A stretch of DNA of 58,493 bases, the filler included, from Jimgerdemannia flammicorona (lineage: Eukaryota), in the NCBI GenBank assembly GCA_003990765.1. It is 3 parts of 3 records of this genome, joined end to end, with 100 filler letters (N's around TTAATTAATTAA, not from the genome) between each part and the next. Parts side by side here need not be neighbours in the genome. Positions count along the whole stretch, not along the records: positions 19,537 to 38,969 come from RBNJ01001940.1; positions 39,070 to 58,493 come from RBNJ01001941.1; 1 more part is not named here. One strand, 5' to 3'. The notes beneath the pieces were generated by a model, which ran no database searches, had not been told where the DNA came from, and saw only the letters and a program-made list of their open reading frames with translations. The translations under genes were made by a program, and so were the position numbers. This document shows, piece after piece, positions 36,401 to 46,799 of this stretch. Every line of letters starts with the position of its first letter. Positions within the stretch are counted from its first letter, which is position 1.

Positions 36401-38969
36401 CTCATGGAGAAATGGGCAGGAGTGATGGAGGATGGGGCCATGACTGATTGGCATATTGCGAGAATCCAGCAGGAGGTGGAGGAGCTCAAAGGGGTGCTAT
36501 GAAGGGAGGAGGAGGAGTGTTGTAGGGAATGGTGGCCTGCCTGTGGTGGCAGGGGCTTGAGGAGGGGGAGAGGCCTACCAGGTTCTTGTCATGGTTGTTA
36601 CAAGTACGATGAATGAGGCAGAGGTGGGAGGGAGCTTTGGACGAGAATGGCAAGCTGGTGGTTGAGACTCCAGCGATTCTGGGCCTATTGCGAACCCAGT
36701 GGGGGAACCTTTGGAGTGAGGAGGAAGGGGAATTAGATGCTCTGGATATTGAAAGGCAGCTGGGGGATTGGTACCCAGACCCTGCGATGGGACTTGGGAA
36801 ATTGGGGGACCCAGTGAGCGGTGAGGAGATTTGCAGAGTGGTGGCCTTAATGAGTAAGGGGACAGCCCTGGGGGAGGATGGTCTCCCCTGGGATTTTTGG
36901 CAGAAGATGACAGGGGTGAGTGAGGTGCTGGAGGAAATGATTGCTATGTGTGATGAAGTTCTTCGGTCTGGTACCTGGATTGGGGGACAGCACTTAGGGC
37001 TAGTCTCCTTACTATATAAGAACAAGGGTGGATGAGAGGATTGGAAGAACTGGCAGCCAATTGTGCTTCTCAACATGGACTGCAAACTGGTGACGAAAAT
37101 CTTGGTGATGAGGTTGCAAGGAATCGCTCAGCAGGTCCTTGGGTTGGAGTAACGTGGGTTTGTTGGTGGTCAGTTGATTCGAGATAGGATGGCCTGGATT
37201 CATGGAGTGATTGAAGGTACCTGGGCAATAGGGGTGGATGGCCGATTGGTGTTTCTGGACCAAGAGAAGGCTTATGATAGAGTGCGGTGAATATGGCTGG
37301 AGGGAGTGCTGAAGCAGATTGGTATCCCCCCAGGGTTCCAAGGTTCATTAATCAGCCTCTTGGAGGACAGTCAGGCAGCATTGGTCATCAATGACCACAG
37401 GGGGGTGACCTTTCCCCTGGGCCATGGGGTACCACAAGGGGACCCCTTGTCACCCATTTTGTATGCCCTTTCCCTGGAGCCACTACTGGATAGAATTCGG
37501 TATAAGATTGGAGGTTTGGACATTCTAGGGGTGAACTGGAAGGTGGGGGCCTTTGCTGATGATATGGTGGTTGGGCTGGGCTCCTTGGGGGATGTTGGAG
37601 AGTTACAGAGAATGGTAGAGTGGTATGAGCGGGGTTCTGGTGCTAAACTAAACTGGCACAAGTGCGAGATGCTGGTGCTGGGTGCTGGAATCATTGGCAG
37701 TGATGTTATTGGGACAGTGGTCCTGGCTGGTGAACCAGTGTGCTACTTGGAGATCTACTTCTCAGTGTTCGGATCTCTTCTTCCCTGGGCATGGTGGGAC
37801 TATAAACTTCTGGAGTGGGGTAATGTCTTGCTGTGATGGGGAGGCCGGCATATATCCCTTACCAGAAGGGTGATGGTGTTGAATGTGTACTGGATGCCGA
37901 AGCTGTGATATGTTGGATATCATTTGGATTTCCCAACCTGGGTGGTCAAGGGGTTGTTGAAGATGGCGAGGTCATGGATTTGGGGAGGGTGACAGAGCCA
38001 GGTTGGTTGGGAGGTGCTCACACTACCCTTGAAGAGAGGTGGGCTAGGCCTAGTAGACTTTACTAAATGGCTTCTATGTCTGAGAGCCTGGTGGCTGTGA
38101 AGGGCAAGTGAGCTCAGGGGTCAGGAGTGGGTGCCGCTCATGCAGCAGTTGTGGGAGGTTCAATACTCTCCACGCAGTGGCTCTGGTGACCTGCTTGCAA
38201 TGGTGGCCATGGAAGGGAGTAGGAAGATATGGTTTATGGGCTTTTGGTAGGGGGTGGTGGATAGTGCTAAGAAAATTGGACTTTGGTGGCAAGGTGACAA
38301 GGCCGAGGAGGTTTGGGGACCATGGATGTGGTGGTGGGACAGGCTTCTAATGGGTGGTGTTTTGGTGGAGGATTTTCAGCTTGGCAAGGGTCTGGAGTGC
38401 CTGTGAGGCCTAGGTAGCGACCTGCGGCCAGAAGCCTAGCAGAGGGTTGGAATCGGGGAGGAGTGGGATTGGAATGGACTTTGGCTTTGGAGCAAACAGG
38501 TGAGGCAGTGGCTGCCCCCCAAGTTCTGGGTAGTGTAGTAGCAGATCTTATGGTGGAATGTGATGTTGAACTATTGGTCTGATCACTTGGTGGATGGTGG
38601 AGTGTTCGAGTATAAGGATTGTTTCAATGTGGGTCAGGAGGGAGGAGTGGTACAAACATCTGAACATTGGCTTGGCAAGTGTGCAGTTTTGGGGGAGTTT
38701 TGGGGATGTATTATGGACAGGATTGGGCTAAGTGCCATGGAGGGGGGGGGAGGGGAAAGATGGGGAGAGCTTCACCAGTGGCTGGTGGGTGGGGTTGGGG
38801 ATGAATAGCTGACCCTTGGTTGGGCCTTGGCTATGTGAGTTGGAATGGCTGGACATTGGGTTTATGTATTTGAGGACAGGCATCGGGTTGGGATTGGTGA
38901 CAGAGTGGCATGATGGGAATGGTTGCTGTTGGACATTTTGAATAGCTGGTGGCAGGGTTGGGGGATGGG
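33416..38969 (+). mobile_element. L1/Tx1-like LINE, copy 3 (subfamily beta), 5' end intact, 3' end lost in the gap
   Basis: 5' motif taacattcgggtgacacaagactcagac. ORF1 at 33497-~35413. ORF2 from 35445 with GGDFN, SRID, SDH, GVPQGDPLSP and AFADD. Confidence 0.95.
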
Positions 38970-39069
38970 NNNNNNNNNNNNNNNNNNNNNNNNNNNNNNN
39001 NNNNNNNNNNNNNTTAATTAATTAANNNNNNNNNNNNNNNNNNNNNNNNNNNNNNNNNNNNNNNNNNNN
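38970..39069. other. Assembly gap / artificial linker
   Basis: N run, TTAATTAATTAA, N run; 100 nt. Confidence 0.95.
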
Positions 39070-39074
39070 GTCCG

Positions 39075-40146
39075 TCATAATGGCCAAAATCTGTACTTGA
39101 AATATTTGGTTGACAAGTTTATGTGAAAATAAGTAACCAATAAAATCTGGTTTGGTTTAGGACCTCCCTCAAAATGCCAACCTGATGGCAAGCCCCTCTT
39201 TTTTACCTTGGTGGTGATCCCAAACTCCCAGATACAACTAATAAAAGCATCTGCGATGTTGTCTCCAGAATGAGGGCCAGCAAGTTTGACGAAGTCAAGG
39301 GTGAGAGATTTAAGCTGCCAATCAAGGTCAATCCAATGACCGGTAATGCCCAGAAACGAAATTGCATTGGGGGATGTCCATGTGTTGATCATAAACGAAA
39401 TTTTGCCTGCCGAATTCTGCTTATTGAATGTGAGATTAAATTGGTGAGCTCTTTTGTATAATTCAGCTTGCAAAGGTCATGGTGCTGCCCTTATTTTACC
39501 TGAAGTGTCTGGCGGAGATTGTCGTGCTCCTTCCTATAGGCCTCCAGGACATCTTTGCAAATAGTATCAGTACTTGGCAAATATAAATCATGCTTGAGGA
39601 GGCCAAAGATGCTATACAATTGATCACTCTCGATGGTTGTGAATGGCTGGTCTGTGCATACAATCCAGCGAACGAGCCGATTTCGAAATTCTGCCGAAGA
39701 GTATGGCTAAAATTTTTGATTAAATGACGTTGTTGGTACAGAAATGGTCAGGCAATCAGATAAACGTATCCACCACAGCTTGGATGTCGATTTTATTTGT
39801 CTCCATGTTCTTTTTGATTTTGTCAAAGTGCTTGTCTTTTATGTATCGATTCATGTTCGAAGTCGTACCCCCAAGCATTTTGAACTTCTGGCTGGTGCAG
39901 TTCATGGGGGTGGATGAAACAATATCATGTGTGTATCAAACAATACCATGTGTATGTCAGACAAAGTGTCAATAGGTGCGTCTTAATTTTTTACCTACAA
40001 TAATTACAAACAACATCATCTCCTATCTTAGTACAATGTTGCCAGATTTCAGAGCGAGGATTGCGTGGAAGGTGTGGAACTATCAGGGATGTTTGACTTG
40101 AAGCATCATCGGTACTGTGGACTGTTGAAGACTGATCTGTCGACAT
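39075..40146 (-). pseudogene. hAT transposase N-terminal part with BED zinc finger, intron-containing and mutated
   Basis: RSEIWQHC..VVCNYC, an intron, then GTTSNMNRYIKDKH (BED, H>Y). FRNRLVRWIVCTDQPFTTIES..LPSTDTI follows. KISFMINTWTSPNAISFLGITGHWID..GPHSGDNIA has the first catalytic D of DxWTS changed to N. Confidence 0.88.
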
Positions 40147-40232
40147 GTGTGTTTGCATGTTTGCGTGTGCATGTGTATGTATGCGTGTGTGTGTGTTGTG
40201 TTGTGGATGCGTCCGGCATATGAGTCATGTAG

Positions 40233-40610
40233 AGGATTTGGATTGGAGGATTCGGTTGAAGGATTCGGATGAGGATTCGGATTGAAGGATTCGAATTGGA
40301 GAATTCGAATTGGAGGATTTGAATTGGAGGATTCGAATTAAGTGATTCGAATTGAGTGATTTGGATTGAGTGATTTGGATTGAGTGATTCGGATTGAGTG
40401 GTTCGGATTGGAGTGGTTCGGATGGGTGATTCGGATGGGTGATTCGGATGGGGTGATTTGGATGGGGCGATTCGGATTGAGTGATTCGGATTGAGTGATT
40501 CGGATTGGGGTGGTTCAGATGGGTGATTCGAATGGGGTGATTCAGATGGGGCGATTCGGATTAAATCTGAGTTGATCCGGATGGCTTCGGATTTGAGATT
40601 CGAATCAAAC
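40233..40610. repeat. hAT subterminal tandem repeats (GATTCGGATT / GATTCGAATT core, ~13-15 bp period)
   Basis: More than 20 imperfect copies visible, CpG largely retained. Confidence 0.9.
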
Positions 40611-40802
40611 CATCATGTGACAAATCGAATCTGGATTTGATTCAAATTGACTCATTCGGAGCACTAATCCAGAGCTAGAATAGAGTGACCCAGGTACAGA
40701 AAAGATGATAATGGAACAGGTATAGATATAGAAGATGCCTATGCTTATTAGAACAATGACTAAAGGATAGTCTGGGAGAGACTACTCTTTAGTGAGAGCT
40801 GA

Positions 40803-42465
40803 TATGACAAACCACAAAATGTAGCAATCTCGAAATCTAACCAGGTGATATGAACATTAGCATAGTATAGTAACCAACAACCATTACTGCAGAAAATATA
40901 TAAATAACCAGATAGCCAAAGAAGAGAATAATGTGAACAGTGGCTGTCCCCTGGACAGTAGCTATCCACCTAGTGCTCCTAATGAATCGAATCGAATCGA
41001 ATTTGGCTCAAACTCGATTTGATTTGATCGAATCAAGGGTCCAATTCGATTTGATTCAAATCGAATCAAAGGTCCAATTTGATTTAAAGTTTGATTCAAA
41101 CCTTAATTTTCAAAATGTAATAACTCGACGAAAACTCATCCAAATTTAACATATTTTAGCTTGTTAGATTCACCGTATTAATGTGATTCTAACAAGCTAA
41201 AGTATGTTATATTTGAATGAGATTACGCTGAGTTATTGCATTTTGAAAATTAGGGTTCAAATCAGACCCTCAATTCGATTCAACTTTTGATTTGATTTGA
41301 ATTGATTCGAATTGAAAAATCCCCAATTTGATTCGACTCGTTTGGGAGCACTATGTCCACCAGACAGTGGCTGTTCACTCAAACACACCATAAATAGCAA
41401 ATCTATAGTTAGTCATATAGCAACCAGATAGTAACCATAATGTGTAAAATACCCCAGAGACAAGAGTGAATAAACCTCAGTCCAAAATTGAATCTAAAAA
41501 GCAAAAGACAAGTCTGCCTACTACACTTCAAGGGATATGTCTACCAAAAGCCACTTGATCTAAGAAGAATTGCAACACTTAGGAGAAATACCCACTCTAA
41601 AGCCACTACTTGGAGATTGCGAGCATTGGTTCTCTTTTTCCACTCTAGTCCACTTTCTAATATAAAGAACAAGTTTGTTTTTGGTTTGCTTGCCAGATAA
41701 GTCTGAAGATTTGCTATCTAAGTTCAAGTAAAGAACTTCACTACCTTTTGAGTTATCCACCATTCCTAGTAAAGCTTATTGCCTGAGTTATTATTCCTAG
41801 AGAGCCCGCTATATTCATCAGTATTCTCAGTGAACCTGCTATATTTTGGTATACTTACCAGACAAAGTCAGAAACCTGCTGAATTCATATTATTCGAATT
41901 ATCTACATTCAAGTTATCTAAGTTATCTAAGTTATCAAGTTATCTACCTTATCTGAGTTATCTGAGTTATCTACCTTGTCCAAGTTATCTGAATTATCCA
42001 CCTTGCCTGATTTATCTAAATCACCTACCAAATTGAGTTATCTACCAGATCACTACATTCTCAGTTGACCCATAGAAGGAAATTCACTCATACTATACAG
42101 AGATCATCATGCTATACAGAGATCATCATACTACATAAGAGATTGTCATGTCAGAAATCACATACTTTAAGAGATTATCTTGCTACACAAAATTGTGATA
42201 TTCCCAATTGATCTGAATAAGGAACCCACTTGTGCTATATATAAATTAACTGCTACCCAAGAAGGAAACCACTCATACAAACTATTGCTATACCCAAGAA
42301 CCTGTCCCAAAAAGGAAACTGCTTGCACAGTATCCAGATCTTGACTATTATACCACTAAATATCAAGAATATTTTGTTGCTTTTAATAAAGTAACTGTGG
42401 GCTCAAGCCAAACTACATCAATCCCCAATCTTATAATTTGCCTCCATTGAGTCAGGTATATTATA
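40803..42465 (+). mobile_element. LTR family C copy containing a MITE insertion
   Basis: Starts tatgacaaacca and aligns with 32051-33400 at both ends and with 10146-10420. Internal (agttatct)n repeats at about 41900-42045. Confidence 0.7.
40971..41353. mobile_element. hAT-type MITE, 383 bp, foldback structure
   Basis: TIRs tagtgctcc and ggagcacta; 8-bp TSD tatccacc (40963-40970) and tgtccacc (41354-41361); internal palindrome at 41101-41255. Confidence 0.93.
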
Positions 42466-43199
42466 TTATATAGATTTTTTTTATTTAAATAATTAAAATA
42501 TAAAATTTAATAAAATATTGGTTCAGTTTTAGAACATACTTATGATTTTATATTAAAGACTATCAGTTAATAGAGAAGTAATTTTTTTTTTTTTTTTTTT
42601 TTTTTTTCTAGAATAGCCTTGCAATAGTGAATGAGAAAATTAGCTCTGATCAACTTCAAGTACTCTGAGATTGAAGGTGCCCTCATTGACTTATCTGAAA
42701 ATATATATATCTATTATAATATAGTAAGTATATAATTAGAAAAATGCAGTGAATTTCTATAACTCTTCTTGACTTCTCAGAGTCATAAATAGTACTATAA
42801 AAACTCTTTTGATCTGAGGTTTATTCACTCTAGATATATACTTGAGATATTTATACAGATTTGTATACTAATTCTACTACTAAATATGAGACTAAATAAT
42901 AAGTCATTTCATGAAAAATTCTATCTGAAATTCATGAAAGTAACAATAGTTTCACTGATAATATTCTAGATGTAATATCTACAATAAAGGTAATTTCTAT
43001 ATTATAATAAATTAGAAAATTAGATTCAGAAACTATAATCAAATGTCTATTTCCTATTCCTATTTTATTCTATATATTACACTATTTACTTTTTTATTTC
43101 TATTTTTATTTCTGATATCTAACTTTTGTTCTATATATATTATAAAAATATTTTAGCTTTCTTACCTTATGTATTCTGATTCTATAATATTCTATATAT

Positions 43200-44662
43200 T
43201 ATTATGTAGTAGTTACTGAGTTCTTCAAATATGTCAGATTCTCTCTAAAATGTATCTCTTAGACTAACCTCAAGTTTGTTATAAGTAAGTTCTTATTAGA
43301 GTACCTTCTCAAGGTCTTATAGTCCTCAAAATTCTTATCTTTAAACTGTCTTGTTATCTTTTAGATTACTTATATAGAATTGAGGATAAGTGAACTTAAC
43401 TAACTTTATTTCGAAGGAAATAAGAGGGGTATTTATATAAAATATAATTCAATAGTTGCTAAGATATAAAGCTAAATATAAATTTCAATAACCAAATAAA
43501 ATACTGAAACACAGAAAACTATAGTTATCAGTATAGATTCCAGTATTGGTATAGATAGTTGCACAAGTTTAGAGTACTGGTAGAATTCAGTATCACTAAG
43601 AACTTTAAAGCAGAATATTTAGGACTATAGGGGCTTCATCCTCATCATTGCTGAAGGAGATGAGATCTGCAAACATTTTATCCATCTCATTACATAGGTT
43701 GCACATTTCATATATATCATGTGGGATGACATAATCACTGATGACATCATCATATTCAGCAGTAGTGGGGGCTCTCCAATCTATGCTATTTTTTTCTACA
43801 AAATAGAAAACAAATATAGGGTCTTAGAGAGGTCTAATCTGGATGCTGGGGCCTTGGAATACTGAGATCAATTCTTGTAGAAATTGATCTGGATTGTCCT
43901 GGAGGATGGAATATCAGAACTCTTCTACCTTATCACTAATAAGAGTAATAGTGGACTAGACCTCTGTAGCTACCATGGCTTCTAGTACATTGATATAATA
44001 GGCTGATAGATCTCTGAAGTCTGAGACTTTGGTATATTCCAAGTTAGAGATTAATTATGGTATATGCCTGAAGATCTGATGAATCTTCTTGACTGTTCTT
44101 ATTTTATATATATTCATGAAAGTGGTATCTTGTAGCTCTTGAGGACTGGCTTGAGGGATTCCTAGCAGAGAAGATTTTCTATTTCATATTCTTGCTATAT
44201 CTGGAGATATTCAGTAGCAATGGTAATTCTTATTTCCATCTTATGGTAGTAGAGAATATAATAATAAGAGTCACCAGTACCTAGGTTGATACTAGGAGTT
44301 CTTGTAGTATGGGTCCTTATGGCTCTTTGGATATCTTGAAACATTCTTTTCTGAACTGAGGGGCCTTAGTGATTTCTTGATCTTGAGGTTTGGTGAGTAG
44401 TAGGCATTTTGTTTATAATAAGTCTTTGAGCTATTTCAGAATTAACAGGTCTTGTTGGTTTGCTGCTACTGTGATTCCTTGATTCTTCTTTTATATTCCT
44501 CAAGATGTTTATATTGTGGTCTCAATGACTCACAGTTAGTCATCATTACTCATCTTATAGCCTGAGTGAGTCATGTTATGATCTTCTTATACTCTGATCT
44601 GGTGGCTTACAAGGAAAGACTATCTCTTATGCTAATGTCATCATTCTGAGATCACCATTATA
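43200..44662 (-). mobile_element. Solo LTR of element B family, inverted
   Basis: Reverse complement aligns end to end with 45107-46733 (starts tataatggtgatctcagaatga, ends gaagaactcagtaactactacataata). Flanked on both sides by atat(at). Confidence 0.92.
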
Positions 44663-45348
44663 ATATATATTCTGAGTACATTTTTATTCTACAGTATTTT
44701 GAATTAAAGTATTCTGAGTGTATTTGCATCTGGATATATTTATCTTCTGCAGTATTTAGTATAGATATATTATAAGTATATTATTTTCTATAGTATTTAA
44801 AATTGATATATTTAGAATATATCTTTCTCTATAGTATTCTATTTCAGATATATTTCAGATTGATATATTTTGGATAAAGCTAACAACTTAGTAATTTCTC
44901 ATGTCAAAAATTATTAAAAATCTTTCATACCTCTCTATCACTAATTTATTTACAAAGTATATATCAAATATATAAATATCTTTCTACTACTCCTTTACCT
45001 TCATTACTAAATCTTGAGCTTCAAAGTAGGGCATCATATATATATTATAGACAATTATATCTATACTAATGATATTAAAAAAATTTAACTGAGTAGCTAT
45101 ATATATTGTAACAGTGACTCCAGAATGATGATATCAGCACAGGAGACAGTCTTTCCTTGCAAGCTACCAGATTGGAGCACAAGAAGATCATACAGCATAC
45201 AAGATGAGCAATGATGACCAACTGTGAGTCACTGTGACCACAGTATAAGCATTCTGAGGAATATAAAAGAAGGATCAAAGAACTGCAGTAACAGCAACCA
45301 ATAAGACCCACTAATCCCAAAATAGCTCAAAGACTTACTACAAATAAA

Positions 45349-46194
45349 ATACCTGCCGCTCACCAAACCTCAAGGTCAAGGAACCACCAAGGCATCTCAG
45401 TTAAAGAGAGGATGTTTTAAGACATCAGAAGAGCTATGAGGACCTGCTCAAGAAGGACTCCTAGTGTCAACCTGGGTACTGATGACCCCTATTACTATAT
45501 CCTCTACTGCTGTGAAATGAAAACAAAGATCACTATTGCTACTGAATACCTCCAAATGTGGCAGGAGTATGAAATAGGAAACCTCTTCTGCCAGAAGTTC
45601 CCACAGGCCAGCACTCAAGAGCTATAAGATGCCACTCTCATAGATATACATAAAACAAGGATAGCTAAGAAGATCCATCAGATCTTCAGGCATGTACCAT
45701 GGTTAATCCCCAACTTGGAGTATGTTAGAGTCTCAGATTTCAGAGACCTGTCATCCTGCCATATCAATGCACTAGAAGCCAGAGTGGCTACAGAAGCCCA
45801 GTCCACTATCACCCTCAATAGTAATGAAGTAGAAGACTTCTGGTACCCCATCCTCCAGGACAACTCAGACCAATTCCTACAAGGATTGATCTCAGTATTT
45901 CAAGACCCAAGCATCCAGGTTAGACCTCCCCAAGACCCCACATTTGTTCCCTATTTTGTAGAAGAGAACCTCATAGACTGGAGAGCTCTAGACCTCCTTT
46001 CCACTGCTGAATATGATGATGTCATCAGCAATGACATCATCCTATACAATATATGTGAGACACATGACATGCATAAAGTATGCAAAACATGTAACCTACA
46101 TGATAATGATGATGAATTCGTGGACCTCATCTCCTTTGAAGACATCCTGACCTCTGACAATGAAGCCCCCATAGTTCTAAACATTCTGCTCTAA
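45349..46194 (+). pseudogene. LTR-internal ORF (~281 codons), unknown function
   Basis: Track ORFs 45436-45627 and 45715-46194 are in one frame. Stops TAA at 45418 and 45625 read CAA in the solo LTR, and ATA at 45349 reads ATG there. Confidence 0.75.
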
Positions 46195-46207
46195 GTCTCT
46201 TGGTTAT

Positions 46208-46365
46208 ATTGAATAATGCCAGCACCAGTATTCTGATGTAACACTGAATAATACTAGTACTAGAATTCTGATGTAATACTGAATAATGCTAGTACTGGTA
46301 TTCTGATATAATACTGAATAATGCTAGCACTGGTATTTTGATGTAATACTGAATTATACCAGCAT
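46208..46365 (+). repeat. 35-bp tandem repeat, about 4.5 copies, in LTR B
   Basis: Unit actgaataatgctagtactggtattctgatgtaat starts at 46208, 46243, 46278, 46313 and 46348. Confidence 0.92.
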
Positions 46366-46799
46366 CTTGAACCTGTATAACCATCAGTACCAACCCTGGA
46401 ACTTAGCAGTTTTTTCTGTTCTGGCATTTTATTTTAGTTATTTGAATTTATATTTAGCTTTATATCTTAGCAACTATTGAATTATATTTTGTATAAATAC
46501 CCCTCTTATTTCCTCTGAAATAAAGTCAGTTCCAGTTCACTTACATATACATACTTTCTTGCAAGCAATCTAAGAGATAACAAGACAGTTTAAAGATAAG
46601 AAGTTTGAGGACTATAAGATCTTGAGAAGGCACTCCAATAAGAACTTACTTATAACAAACTTGAGTTAGTCTAAGAGATATATCTTGAAGAGAATCTGGT
46701 ATATTTGAAGAACTCAGCGATCACTATGTGACAATTTGGTACCCATTAGCTGGTGATTCAAGACAAATCCCTCACTTTTAAGCTGAAAAATAAACAACT

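Larger units (their letters stand above)
39070..40666 (-). mobile_element. hAT DNA transposon, 5' part (remainder lost in the gap)
   Basis: Terminus ggagcacta at 40658-40666 (TAGTGCTCC on the minus strand), a subterminal GATTCGGATT array and transposase exons. Confidence 0.88.
45107..46733 (+). repeat. 5' LTR of element B (1627 bp)
   Basis: TG..CA termini. First ~215 bp repeated at 52407-52620 and the full length matched by the solo LTR. TATA-like motifs at 45262 (tataaaa) and 46492 (tataaata), aataaa at ~46519. Confidence 0.92.

Noticed and set aside
40233..40610. Regularly spaced short repeats resembling a CRISPR array
   Set aside because: No unique spacers, eukaryotic context, and the position next to a hAT terminus explains them as subterminal repeats.
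46208..46365. 35-bp repeats of CRISPR-like length
   Set aside because: Head-to-tail with no spacers, and inside an LTR.
46737..46761. Assigning a specific primer tRNA to the element B PBS
   Set aside because: TGG follows the LTR as expected, but the spacing to a T-loop complement does not fit and the sequence is mutated. No tRNA can be named without a search.
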